A DNA stretch of 64,000 nucleotides from Candidatus Poribacteria bacterium (GTDB lineage: Bacteria > Poribacteria > WGA-4E > WGA-3G). Shown piece after piece: positions 30,032 to 40,500 of the stretch. The translations under genes were made by a program, and so were the position numbers. The stretch covers positions 4,417,784-4,481,783 of the forward strand of contig OZ242381.1 in the NCBI GenBank assembly GCA_965209095.1, given 5' to 3'. Below the pieces are notes generated by a model that saw only the letters and a list, made by a program, of their open reading frames with translations, had not been told where the DNA came from and searched no databases. Positions within the stretch are counted from its first letter, which is position 1; each line of letters opens with the position of its first letter.

Positions 30032-31300
30032 ATGCAAAAATTCATCATCAACGGCGGTACCAAACTTGAAGGAACAGTTCAAATAAGTGGTTCAAAAAAT
30101 GCTGTTCTACCTATTGCAGTTGCCGCAGCAATTCTTGGAGATGGTATCAGTGTACTCCATAATGTACCAAATCTCACAGATGTCCAAACACTCAGTGCTG
30201 TACTTGAAGGACTGGGAGCATCCATTACAAGAAAAAACGGTTCTCTGTATATTGAACCAATAAATCGCATGGAATACGAAGCACCTTACGATTTAGTGCG
30301 GAAGATGCGAGCATCTATCTATGTGTTGGGACCTCTGATTGCAAAGTTGGGAAAAGCAAAAGTTTCTTTTCCAGGAGGTTGTGCTATCGGTTCACGACCT
30401 GTTGATTTACACATCCGTGGCTTAGAGCATTTAGGCGCAGATGTAGATGTAAAAAAGGGCTATATCTATGCACAGTCTGACAAATTGGTCGGTTGTGATA
30501 TGAATCTCACTGGGCAGTATGGTCCAAGTGTTGGTGCTACAGCAAATGTCTTGATGGCAGCAACCTTAGCAGAGGGAACAACGATTATCCGGGGTGCAGC
30601 CCGAGAACCTCATATAACTGATCTTGCAAAATTTTTAAATGCTATGGGGGGAAAAATAAAAGGTATTGGCACATCTAAGTTGACAATTCATGGTGTGAAA
30701 CAATTACACGGAACAGAATATACAGTGATTTCTGATGACATTGAAGCAGGAACCTTTATGGTTGCAGCAGCTATAACAAATGGCGATGTCTTTGTTGAAG
30801 GAATTGCACAAGAACAGATACCTGCAATATCAGAAAAACTGAATGATATCGGTGTGCATTTAGATTGGAGTGAAACTGGTGTACGCGTCACAACGCCAAA
30901 AAAACTCAAAGCCGTAGATGTGAAAACAGTCCCATTTCCAGGATTTCCCACTGATATGCAGGCACAGATTATGGGACTTCTCTGTCTTGCCTCAGGCAAG
31001 AGCACAATTACTGAGAATGTCCACACTGATCGCTTTATACACGCAGCTGAACTCAACAGAATGGGTGCGGATATAAAACTTGACGGTCGTAAAGCAATAA
31101 TTAATGGTGTTTCATATCTTAGTGGAGCACCGGTAATGGCATCTGATCTACGAGCAGGAGCAGTCCTTGTTGTTGCAGGATTGGCAGCCTCAGGAGAAAC
31201 TGTTGTTTCTCGTATCTACCACATAGACAGAGGATATGAAGCGATAGAGAACAAACTGAAGAACCTTGGTGCAGAAATTGTTAGAAAAAATGAAGAGTGA
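30032..31300 (+). CDS. murA: UDP-N-acetylglucosamine 1-carboxyvinyltransferase MurA
   Basis: Full-length EPSP-synthase-fold MurA (GSKNAVLPI..., catalytic Cys region GGCAIGSRPVDLH). Confidence 0.85.
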   Translation: MQKFIINGGTKLEGTVQISGSKNAVLPIAVAAAILGDGISVLHNVPNLTDVQTLSAVLEGLGASITRKNGSLYIEPINRMEYEAPYDLVRKMRASIYVLGPLIAKLGKAKVSFPGGCAIGSRPVDLHIRGLEHLGADVDVKKGYIYAQSDKLVGCDMNLTGQYGPSVGATANVLMAATLAEGTTIIRGAAREPHITDLAKFLNAMGGKIKGIGTSKLTIHGVKQLHGTEYTVISDDIEAGTFMVAAAITNGDVFVEGIAQEQIPAISEKLNDIGVHLDWSETGVRVTTPKKLKAVDVKTVPFPGFPTDMQAQIMGLLCLASGKSTITENVHTDRFIHAAELNRMGADIKLDGRKAIINGVSYLSGAPVMASDLRAGAVLVVAGLAASGETVVSRIYHIDRGYEAIENKLKNLGAEIVRKNEE

Positions 31301-31332
31301 ACTAAACAACATCAACGGGACATTATTCTGAT

Positions 31333-32631
31333 ATGTTACGAATTGTAGATATAGATACATCTGAAAGTGCTTCCTTTCTCTCAAAACTAAATGATCGTGG
31401 AAAGTTGGAAGATGAAAATATCCTGAGAACTGTACGAAGAACTATCAGTGAAGTACAAGATGAAGGGGATAAAGCAGTTGCACGCTATACACGCAAATAT
31501 GATGCACCACGATTATCAACAAAGGGACTCAAGGTGCAGCCACGGGAATTTAAGCAGGCATATTCCGATGTTAAATCGGATTATATAGAGGCTATTCTCC
31601 ATGCCAAAGACAATATTGAAAGTTTCCATCAGAAGCAGCTGCAAACATCATGGGTATCCACTGAGCAAGAAGGGGTTTTGTTAGGGCATCTGATTCATCC
31701 AATAAAACGTGTTGGGGTATGTGTTCCATCTGTGAGTCAACTCTTAGTCTCGTCATTGCTAATGAGTGTTATACCGGCTACTGTAGCAGGTGTAGAAGAA
31801 ATCGTGGTATGTATGGGACCGATGCGTAATCGTCAGATAAATCCGCACATGTTGGTTGCCGCAGCAGAATGCGGTATTAATGAGATCTATAAATGTGGCG
31901 GTGCTCAGGCAGTCGCTGCAATGGCTTATGGCACAGAGACGATTCAATCTGTAGATAAAATTGTCGGTCCTGGGAATTTGTTTGTTCAGATGGCTAAAAA
32001 GGAGGTGTTTGGTCAAGTTGGAATTGACAAATTAGCTGGGCCGAGTGAAATCCTTGTGATAGCCGATAGCACCGCTGATCCTGATTTCGTCGCAGCAGAC
32101 CTTATTTCACAAGCCGAACACGGTGCTGAATGTTCTGCAATACTGATTACAACATCACGCGGATTTGCAGAGCAAGTTAAGGGAGCCATTGAACTACAAG
32201 CTCAGACTCTTCCGAGACAATACGAACTGGTTAAAGCATTTGAAAATTACGGCGTTGCAATAATTGTTAATGATTTAGATGAAGCAATTGATATTGCAAA
32301 CAAGATTGCACCTGAACACGTTGAATTACATATTGAAAGTCCTTTTGAACGGATTGGTGAAATTCGAAATGCAGGTGCTATCTTCATCGGTCCCTACTCA
32401 CCTGAAGCAGTTGGTGATTATATCGCAGGTCCAAATCACATACTCCCAACTGGCACTGCAGCACGTTATGCATCATTATTAAGTGTAGATGACTTCCTGA
32501 AAAAGACCAGTCTTATTTCTTATACAAAAAAAGCATTAAACAAAGTTATTCCAGATGTTGTAAAACTTGCTGAAGTTGAAGGTTTAGACGGTCATGCCGC
32601 TGCTATCAAAATAAGATTTGAAGATGATTAG
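31333..32631 (+). CDS. hisD: Histidinol dehydrogenase HisD
   Basis: 432 aa with HisD-like pattern throughout (GGAQAVAAMAYGTE...GPGN). Confidence 0.8.
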   Translation: MLRIVDIDTSESASFLSKLNDRGKLEDENILRTVRRTISEVQDEGDKAVARYTRKYDAPRLSTKGLKVQPREFKQAYSDVKSDYIEAILHAKDNIESFHQKQLQTSWVSTEQEGVLLGHLIHPIKRVGVCVPSVSQLLVSSLLMSVIPATVAGVEEIVVCMGPMRNRQINPHMLVAAAECGINEIYKCGGAQAVAAMAYGTETIQSVDKIVGPGNLFVQMAKKEVFGQVGIDKLAGPSEILVIADSTADPDFVAADLISQAEHGAECSAILITTSRGFAEQVKGAIELQAQTLPRQYELVKAFENYGVAIIVNDLDEAIDIANKIAPEHVELHIESPFERIGEIRNAGAIFIGPYSPEAVGDYIAGPNHILPTGTAARYASLLSVDDFLKKTSLISYTKKALNKVIPDVVKLAEVEGLDGHAAAIKIRFEDD

Positions 32632-32703
32632 TATATTTCTTTAACAGCAATTTCAATGATTTTCTTTTAAAGTTCATATTTCTTCTTAACAAAACGCAAA
32701 AGT

Positions 32704-33375
32704 ATGTATAATAACCGTTCATTCATCAAAGACACCAAACCCATTTCAACATTCTCCATTGTTGGATTTGATCCTGAAAATGGAGATTTAGGCATTGCTG
32801 TTCAATCAAAGTTCTTTGCTGTCGGTGCAGTTGTGCCTTGGGCGGAAGCGGGGGTAGGTGCAATTGCGACACAATCTTGGGCAAATACAACTTATGGTCC
32901 CAGAGGATTACAGTTGCTCAAGATCGGTCTTTCTGCAGAACAGACTTTAGAACATCTGATTAAAGATGATAATGATAGGGAATCACGTCAAGTTGGCATC
33001 GTAGATGCATCAGGTAATGCTACACACTTCACGGGGAATAAATGCAACAATTGGGCAGGTGCATTTTCTGGTCAACATTACACAGCACAAGGAAATATTC
33101 TTACAGGTGCAGATGTTGTGGAAGCAATGGGAAAAGCCTTTGAAGAGGCAGACGGTGAATTAGCGGACAAACTTTTGGCTGCCCTCATAGCAGGTCAAGA
33201 GAAAGGTGGGGACAAACGTGGACAACAATCCGCTGCACTCCTTGTTGTCCGAAAAAATGGCGGTTACGGTGGTTTCAATGACAGATATATTGACATACGA
33301 GTTGATGATGCAAATAAACCGATACAAGAACTACAACGTCTATTGAAAATACATAGACAGTTTTTCTCACGATAA
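32704..33375 (+). CDS. DUF1028 (Ntn-hydrolase-fold) family protein
   Basis: TFSIVGFDPENGDLGIAVQSKFFAVGAVVPWAEAGVGAIATQS matches the DUF1028 N-terminus. Confidence 0.55.
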   Translation: MYNNRSFIKDTKPISTFSIVGFDPENGDLGIAVQSKFFAVGAVVPWAEAGVGAIATQSWANTTYGPRGLQLLKIGLSAEQTLEHLIKDDNDRESRQVGIVDASGNATHFTGNKCNNWAGAFSGQHYTAQGNILTGADVVEAMGKAFEEADGELADKLLAALIAGQEKGGDKRGQQSAALLVVRKNGGYGGFNDRYIDIRVDDANKPIQELQRLLKIHRQFFSR

Positions 33376-33486
33376 ACCTTTGGTTGGATAGTAAACCTTC
33401 TATTTATTCTTAATATTCGGTTCCAATTTCCTTAGGAATTGGTAAATATCCCTGAATTTATCGATATAAAGAATAAACAGAAAATT

Positions 33487-33522
33487 AAAACCTTGCAAAA
33501 ATGCAAGGTTTTAATTTTTATT
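33487..33522. terminator. Bidirectional rho-independent terminator
   Basis: Perfect palindrome AAAACCTTGCA-AAAA-TGCAAGGTTTT followed by AATTTTTATT. Confidence 0.6.
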
Positions 33523-33578
33523 GGTGTCACACCTCAAAAGCAATTAATAAATCATAGGAGGAAAATCCGAAGCGTGCA

Positions 33579-33777
33579 GGGTGTGTAAAGTTTTTGGCAA
33601 AGGTTATCTCACGTTCAGACACATCGTAGGGGCGAGGTCTCCTCGCCCTCGTTGGAACACATCCTATCCATCAGCAGTAGTTGGGGTGGTAATCAGGCGG
33701 AGAGACCCCGCCCCTACGTGCAGTGCCAAAAACTTTTCACATCCAAGCGTGCATGGGTGTGAAAAGTTTTTGACATG
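33579..33777. repeat. MITE-like palindromic element, copy D (near full-length, with an extra terminal TIR copy)
   Basis: TIR GGGTGTGTAAAGTTTTTGGCA ... TGCCAAAAACTTTTCACATCC, plus a second copy GGGTGTGAAAAGTTTTTGACATG. Internal hairpins GTAGGGGCGAGGTCTCCTCGCCC and GGAGAGACCCCGCCCCTAC. Confidence 0.65.
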
Positions 33778-33951
33778 AACATCATGCTGCTTTTGTGTTT
33801 GGATACCAATATCTTTCCCAAGCCTTGTTTTTTGACAAACATCTCCACTTTAGCACAGCATTGATGCCCGGTTTCTCCCACCTCATAGCTGCTTGTTTGC
33901 ACCTTTCTCCGACAACCTGTTTACACGCACTTTCAATCACGCCACTTCCAA

Positions 33952-34553
33952 TCATATACCCTTTTTCTCTAAATGCTCTATATTACATGCGCTTCGCATG
34001 TTTTTCAAAGTACGCTGATTTTCCTCAAGTTCTTGAGGTGCCACTTGTTCACAAACATTCAAATCTTCTGACCATTTACGCACATTCTGGTGGAGTATCG
34101 TGTGACTTACTTCTATCCCTTGATGAGACAACTCCTCTGATGCTTCCCTATAGTCAAGGCGAAAAGACAAACGACACATCGCTTCAGCGACACGATGCGT
34201 GTATTGATCCAATAACTTCTGCTTCACATCCCACGGGGCATGCCTATGTCCTTGCTCACAACAATACCCCCAACGACTTATACTTATTTTGCCACAAAGG
34301 GTTGTCAAACACCGCTCGCGTTTACGCAATGGACGACAAGGTGCTTTATACTCCGGACATTCAACAGGTTCACTTCTAAAAACTTCTGTTCAAGAGAACG
34401 AAAGGTTTCGGAAACACGAACTTCAACATCATGTAAAGAGAGACGCTCGTCAGAATCAATCTCTCCATAAAGATCGTTTATTTCTTTGACGAACTTTCTA
34501 AAAGGATCTTTGCAATCGTTGCTATCACAAACACTTAATGATATACTTGACAT
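33952..34553 (-). pseudogene. Transposase remnant (zinc-ribbon + HTH region), frameshifted
   Basis: Two overlapping minus-strand ORFs. C..C...CEQGH followed by LSFRLDYREASEELSHQGIEVSHTILHQNVRKW resembles a transposase N-terminal HTH. No catalytic domain. Adjacent to a MITE copy. Confidence 0.3.
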
Positions 34554-34621
34554 AGGTATCTTCTCCTAGATAGTTATATATTTATTAGGATAGGATACCA
34601 TTTGTATACATTTCCATTCAA

Positions 34622-34652
34622 GGCAATTTCATGCCAAAAACTTTACACACCC
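34622..34652. repeat. Solo MITE terminal repeat (CATGCCAAAAACTTTACACACCC)
   Basis: Seen directly. Confidence 0.5.
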
Positions 34653-34778
34653 TTGACATACATCAAATTTGCAATTTAACACATTATAGAGTATAATTAA
34701 AAAGGATTTATACGGTCTTATATTAATATGTGAAGTCTTATATCAGTATAAAGAATAATTTACGGTCTTAATGTTTGA

Positions 34779-35801
<1,023 letters not shown>

Positions 35802-35812
35802 TGGGAAGGACT

Positions 35813-36568
35813 ATGCGAACGCCAATCATTGCTGGAAATTGGAAACTTAACAAGACTGTTTCAGAAGCAGTTGAACTTACTGCACAATTAACGGATTTAG
35901 TTGCTGCAACTAACAGTGTTGAAATAGTAGTCGCGCCACCTTTTACCGCACTCTATGCCGTAAGTAATGTCATTAAGGACAGGAACATAGAACTTGCCGC
36001 GCAAGATGTCTATTGGGAAGACAGTGGGGCATACACCGGTGAAGTGTCAGTACCGATGTTGAAGGATGCTGGATGTGATTACGTCATTATAGGGCATTCA
36101 GAACGACGACAATTCTTTAACGAAACTAATGAAAGTGTAAACCAAAAAGTTAATGCAGTATTATCACACGGTTTGAAACCGATTATATGTGTTGGTGAAC
36201 AACTTGAAGACCGTGAAGCAGGAAACACAGAGCTTGTTATACAAGACCATGTTACCGGAGGAATTGCAAACTTGTCTTCGGATGTGATTTTGTCTTGTAT
36301 AATTGCGTATGAGCCTGTATGGGCAATAGGTACTGGAAAAACTGCGACTCCCGAACAAGCACAAGAAGTACATAATTATATACGGAATTTATTGAAGGAA
36401 ACCTATTCTGATGAGATTGCATCACAAGTCCGCATTCAATATGGTGGAAGTGTTAAACCAGAGAATGCTACTGAACTCCTGACACAACCTGATGTAGATG
36501 GTGCACTTGTTGGAGGGGCAAGCCTTCAAGCAGAATCTTTCGCGCAAATCGTAAAAAGCGCGTTATAG
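35813..36568 (+). CDS. tpiA: Triosephosphate isomerase
   Basis: IIAGNWKLNKT...IIGHSERR...AYEPVWAIGTG. Start at 35813, with RBS GGAAGGA upstream. Confidence 0.9.
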   Translation: MRTPIIAGNWKLNKTVSEAVELTAQLTDLVAATNSVEIVVAPPFTALYAVSNVIKDRNIELAAQDVYWEDSGAYTGEVSVPMLKDAGCDYVIIGHSERRQFFNETNESVNQKVNAVLSHGLKPIICVGEQLEDREAGNTELVIQDHVTGGIANLSSDVILSCIIAYEPVWAIGTGKTATPEQAQEVHNYIRNLLKETYSDEIASQVRIQYGGSVKPENATELLTQPDVDGALVGGASLQAESFAQIVKSAL

Positions 36569-36609
36569 TTAAATCAAATAGCATTTTAGGAATTAGAGAG
36601 GATATTCTA

Positions 36610-37059
36610 ATGGGTGTTTTTGTTACAATAGCAATTATTATTTTCGTTCCAGTCTGTATCGTCCTGACTTTGATTATTCTTTTACAAGACAGCAAAGGTG
36701 AAGGGCTTTCGTCAAGTGCTTTTGGGGGGGCAGAAATTCAGTCTGTCCTTGGTGGACACGGTGCTGCTTCATTTCTGAGTAAACTTACCACTTGGGTCGC
36801 AGTCGGTTTTATGGTCATATCACTTTTCTTAATGAAATTTTATGGTGAATCTGGAACAGATACGCTTACACCACTCAACGAAGAAGCAGAACAGCAACAA
36901 GAAGCTGCGGATACTGGTGACTCCGTAGATATTGAGACAGATGATGACAATCCTAAAGGAACAATTGAAGTAAAACAGGATGACAATGAGCAACCCACAG
37001 AAGATTCTCCTATAGAAGATACAAAAGGCACGATAGAAGATACTGCTGGTGATGAGTAA
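36610..37059 (+). CDS. secG: Preprotein translocase subunit SecG with acidic C-terminal extension
   Basis: Two TM helices with LLQ..KG.GL motif (LLQDSKGEGL). Classic gap-tpi-secG synteny. Confidence 0.75.
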   Translation: MGVFVTIAIIIFVPVCIVLTLIILLQDSKGEGLSSSAFGGAEIQSVLGGHGAASFLSKLTTWVAVGFMVISLFLMKFYGESGTDTLTPLNEEAEQQQEAADTGDSVDIETDDDNPKGTIEVKQDDNEQPTEDSPIEDTKGTIEDTAGDE

Positions 37060-37076
37060 CAAAGGCATGAATACAC

Positions 37077-37553
37077 ATGGTTGTTGATGAAGTTGATTCT
37101 TCCACTTATGTGTCTGAAAGTCCACACCCTGATAAAATCTCGTGGTGTGTGCACCCTTTAGTTGAAAATTGGAAGCGGACGATTTTCTTATTGCTATTTC
37201 TATCTTCAATCCTTGTCATACTCTATATCGGATTCCAGTCAATAGTAATTGTCTTTTTTTCTGCACTACTATTAATAGGTCCTCTCTACAAATACTTCTT
37301 ACCTTTTCATTACCATTGCACTCACGATAGCCTGGTCGTGAAGGCATGCTGCTATAATCTTGAACGGCCGTGGACATCATTCCGCAGCAATTACATAGAC
37401 AAGAATGGTATACTTCTCAGTCCCTTCTCAAAACCGAATCGGCTTGAAAACTTTCGTGGAATTTATATAAGATTCGGAAAACACCCTCCTGAAGAAATCG
37501 TGAACTTTATTCAACATCAACTAAACATGGAGTCTAATGATGAACGCATCTAA
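37077..37553 (+). CDS. Hypothetical membrane protein
   Basis: Two predicted TM helices. No recognisable motif. Confidence 0.3.
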   Translation: MVVDEVDSSTYVSESPHPDKISWCVHPLVENWKRTIFLLLFLSSILVILYIGFQSIVIVFFSALLLIGPLYKYFLPFHYHCTHDSLVVKACCYNLERPWTSFRSNYIDKNGILLSPFSKPNRLENFRGIYIRFGKHPPEEIVNFIQHQLNMESNDERI

Positions 37554-38805
37554 TAACATAGAAACATCAGATCAATTAGCAACTGTCATTTCAGATGTTG
37601 TTGATAATCAAAAAATTCTTGATATACACACACATCTATTCAGTCCTCCCTTTGGAGAACTTTTGTTATGGGGTATTGACGAACTTCTCACCTATCACTA
37701 TCTTATTGCAGAGGTGTTCCGTAAATCAGATGTCTCATATCCAGCATTTTGGGCAATGACAAAGTCTGAACAAGCAGATTTAATTTGGCAAACACTCTTC
37801 ATAGAAAACTCGCCAATCAGTGAAGCATGTCGCGGGGTTGTTACAACATTAGACGCATTAGGTTTAGATGTCAGTTCACGTGCCCTAAAGGAATATCGTA
37901 ACTATTTCGCTGATACGACAGAAACTGATTTCATTGACACAGTATTTGAAAGTTCTAATGTATCTAAAGTCGTTATGACAAATGACCCGTTCGACCCTTT
38001 AGAAGCACCAGTATGGGAATCTGGTGATGTTGGTGATTCACGTTTTGAAGCAGCACTGCGTATGGATGTCCTGATTAACAGCTATGAAGAAACTGCTTAT
38101 GAACACCTCCGGGGCCTCGGTTATGATGTGGATCCGAATCTTTCTACGGAGAAGGGTTATAAAGAAGTCCGACGGTTTTTAGAGATGTGGATTCAGCGGA
38201 TGAATCCAAAATACATGGCTGTTTCACTACCTCCTGAGTTTCAATATCCGGATGATGGTGTGTTGGGTCGTTTGTTTGACAATTGCATTTTACCGATTTC
38301 GCGTGAATTCAATGTGCCATTTGCCTTGATGATTGGTGTCAAACGAGCAGTGAACCCCGAACTCCGAATGGCGGGTGATGGCACGGGGAAAGCAGATTTG
38401 ACGAGTTTGGAAACACTACTCCGAGAGAATCAAGATAATAAATTTCTTGTTACGCTTCTCTCACGAGAAAATCAACATGAATTGTGTGTCATCGGACGAA
38501 AATTCAAAAACTTGATGATATTTGGTTGTTGGTGGTTTATGAACAACCCCAGTATAATTGAAGAGATTACACGAGGAAGGATAGAGTTACTCGGTTTGAG
38601 TGTAATACCACAACATTCGGACGCAAGAATATTGGATCAACTTATCTATAAATGGAAACACTCGCGCAAGATCGTAAAAGATATCTTGATTGAGAAATAT
38701 CAATTTTTAATTGACGTTGGCTGGACTCTTTCAAAATCAGAAATAGAACGCGATGTCCATAACCTATTCGGTGGCAACTTTGAACGGTTTCTGAATGAAG
38801 ATTAA
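37537..38805 (+). CDS. Glucuronate isomerase-like (UxaC family / amidohydrolase superfamily) protein
   Basis: ILDIHTHLFSP...YHYLIAEVFR...KVVMTNDPFDPLE...FEAALRMD parallels UxaC DYHCHL...GDHYKWR...VVCTTDDPIDSLE...FRPD. Confidence 0.45.
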   Translation: MMNASNNIETSDQLATVISDVVDNQKILDIHTHLFSPPFGELLLWGIDELLTYHYLIAEVFRKSDVSYPAFWAMTKSEQADLIWQTLFIENSPISEACRGVVTTLDALGLDVSSRALKEYRNYFADTTETDFIDTVFESSNVSKVVMTNDPFDPLEAPVWESGDVGDSRFEAALRMDVLINSYEETAYEHLRGLGYDVDPNLSTEKGYKEVRRFLEMWIQRMNPKYMAVSLPPEFQYPDDGVLGRLFDNCILPISREFNVPFALMIGVKRAVNPELRMAGDGTGKADLTSLETLLRENQDNKFLVTLLSRENQHELCVIGRKFKNLMIFGCWWFMNNPSIIEEITRGRIELLGLSVIPQHSDARILDQLIYKWKHSRKIVKDILIEKYQFLIDVGWTLSKSEIERDVHNLFGGNFERFLNED

Positions 38806-38817
38806 CGAAGAGGAATC

Positions 38818-39138
38818 ATGCACATTTCTAAACATTTCTTGCTTGATGGAGTTACCTGCATGGATATTGGGTTTATATGGGACGCAGATAAATATCAAGA
38901 GGTGCAAAAGAAACATAAAGTCCAATTTTATGAAGTTGTTTCTGCATTTGATGATAATAATGGATATGATGCCCCTGATCCACAAAGACATCCTGACCGT
39001 TGGATGTTCGTTGGAAAGACTGTAACCAATCGTGTACTAGTTATAATTTATGTTGCAGAAGGTCAAGAAATGCATCGTTTAATTATGGCTTATGAGGCTG
39101 AGGGAGAACTTCTCAATGAATACTACAAAAGAAGTTGA
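38818..39138 (+). CDS. brnT: BrnT-like toxin (DUF497 family)
   Basis: FIWDADKYQEVQKKHKVQFYEVVSAFDD....DRWMFVGKTVTNRVLVIIYVAEGQEMHRLIMAYEAEGELLNEYY matches the BrnT consensus (W-D..K...KHGV.F.E...VF.D...R....G..L.VV.T.R....RIISAR.A...E...Y). Alternative start at 38860. Confidence 0.75.
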   Translation: MHISKHFLLDGVTCMDIGFIWDADKYQEVQKKHKVQFYEVVSAFDDNNGYDAPDPQRHPDRWMFVGKTVTNRVLVIIYVAEGQEMHRLIMAYEAEGELLNEYYKRS

Positions 39139-40477
39139 ATTTGATTATGAGACATACACTCGGGAAAATGCTCCCGATCCGTCACAAATCAGAAGTGGAC
39201 CTGAAGTACATAAAAGACGACGTGAAGCATTCAAAGCACGTTTAATCAATCATAATAACATGGAAATAAAACGTGCAAGAGAGATGCGTCACACTTTTAT
39301 TTCATATTGTCATGAGAATAAATCTCAGGTAGATCGACTTTGTCATGCACTTACTTCAAATGGTGTAACTGTATGGGTCGATTGGAACAATATTACTCCA
39401 GGTATACCTTGGAAGCATGCAATACAACAAGCAATTAATTACGGTGATCTCTTTGTTGCATGCTTCTCAAAAGAATATAACTCTCGTGAAAAGACTTACA
39501 TGAATGAAGAACTTACAATTGCAATTGAGAAGCTTCAACAAAAGCCACATGATAAGATATGGTTCATTCCAGTAAAATTGAACGATTGTGAAATTCCTGC
39601 CATTGATATCGGTGAAGGAGACACTCTAAAAGACCTTGAATATATTAATCTCTATGAAAACTGGGAAACTGGCATTCAACAGATACTTGACATTTTGCCA
39701 ATTAAATCATCGGAAACAACTGAAGATCAGATCATTGTAGATAATGACTGTGTCCTGTTCCGTTCAGTTGACGGGAAGTATTATTTCATACCGTTTCAAG
39801 AGATCCGTTGGGATTCAAAGGAGATTACACTAACACTATCCCCAAATACTGATGAACAAACTGCATTTTTATGTTCTTTGAGAAAAGGAAGGCATGATGT
39901 TCTTGCATTTGCACATTCGGATGATGCAATGTGGGTAAAACCACGGGAAGTAACACAGGTCTCTTGTGAAGGAAAAACTACGTGGGAAGTTATACTCAAT
40001 GAGGATACAACGGGTAAAACATATAAATATAAGCCTGAGAAGTCTTATCTGGATAATATCTCATTAGACCAGATTAGCCTGATGCGGGCAAAACGACTTC
40101 TGCTTGATGAAAAGTTAGAAATAACATCCAAATCATTAGGATACAAAACAGTATTTGATAAAATGTTATTGGAAACACAGATACGTGGTGAACTCTCATC
40201 ACAATATGGAAACAGACTTCAAGCACTCACCTCTCCTATACCAGAAATATATAAACTATACAGAACAAAACCAGAGACATTTATAAAGTTCGCAAGGTTG
40301 ATTTCAATTCTACATTTAAAGTTATCAAATACAATTGAAGATGTAATACAATTAGACTTGAAACTCATAAATCCAATTGAATTACAAGTAAGATTTAAGG
40401 GACGACGATCATGGATTTTTGTAAATGATAACCCTGCTACAATAGAATTTGAAGGTATCTGTTCACTGCCCGATTGA
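39092..40477 (+). CDS. TIR-domain protein with BrnA-like N-terminal leader and unknown C-terminal domain
   Basis: TIR core FISYCHENKSQVDRLCHALTSNGVTVWVDWNNITPGIPW...LFVACFSKEYNSREKTYMNEEL...IWFIPVKL. The N-terminus EFDYETYTRENAPDPSQIRSGPEVHKRRREAFKARL resembles the DUF4415/BrnA leader. The start overlaps the brnT 3' end by 23-47 nt. Confidence 0.7.
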   Translation: MRLRENFSMNTTKEVEFDYETYTRENAPDPSQIRSGPEVHKRRREAFKARLINHNNMEIKRAREMRHTFISYCHENKSQVDRLCHALTSNGVTVWVDWNNITPGIPWKHAIQQAINYGDLFVACFSKEYNSREKTYMNEELTIAIEKLQQKPHDKIWFIPVKLNDCEIPAIDIGEGDTLKDLEYINLYENWETGIQQILDILPIKSSETTEDQIIVDNDCVLFRSVDGKYYFIPFQEIRWDSKEITLTLSPNTDEQTAFLCSLRKGRHDVLAFAHSDDAMWVKPREVTQVSCEGKTTWEVILNEDTTGKTYKYKPEKSYLDNISLDQISLMRAKRLLLDEKLEITSKSLGYKTVFDKMLLETQIRGELSSQYGNRLQALTSPIPEIYKLYRTKPETFIKFARLISILHLKLSNTIEDVIQLDLKLINPIELQVRFKGRRSWIFVNDNPATIEFEGICSLPD

Positions 40478-40500
40478 ATCAAGTCATGCTTTATTTTTGA

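Noticed and set aside
33795-34379. 194-aa plus-strand ORF
   Set aside because: It spans a MITE end and transposase-remnant DNA. Pro/His/Leu-rich with no family resemblance. The minus-strand transposase-like frames explain the region better.
38764-39025. Short ORFs overlapping brnT on both strands (38764-38991 minus, 38795-39025 plus)
   Set aside because: They are alternative frames of the brnT region. The BrnT family match strongly favours the 38818-39138 frame.
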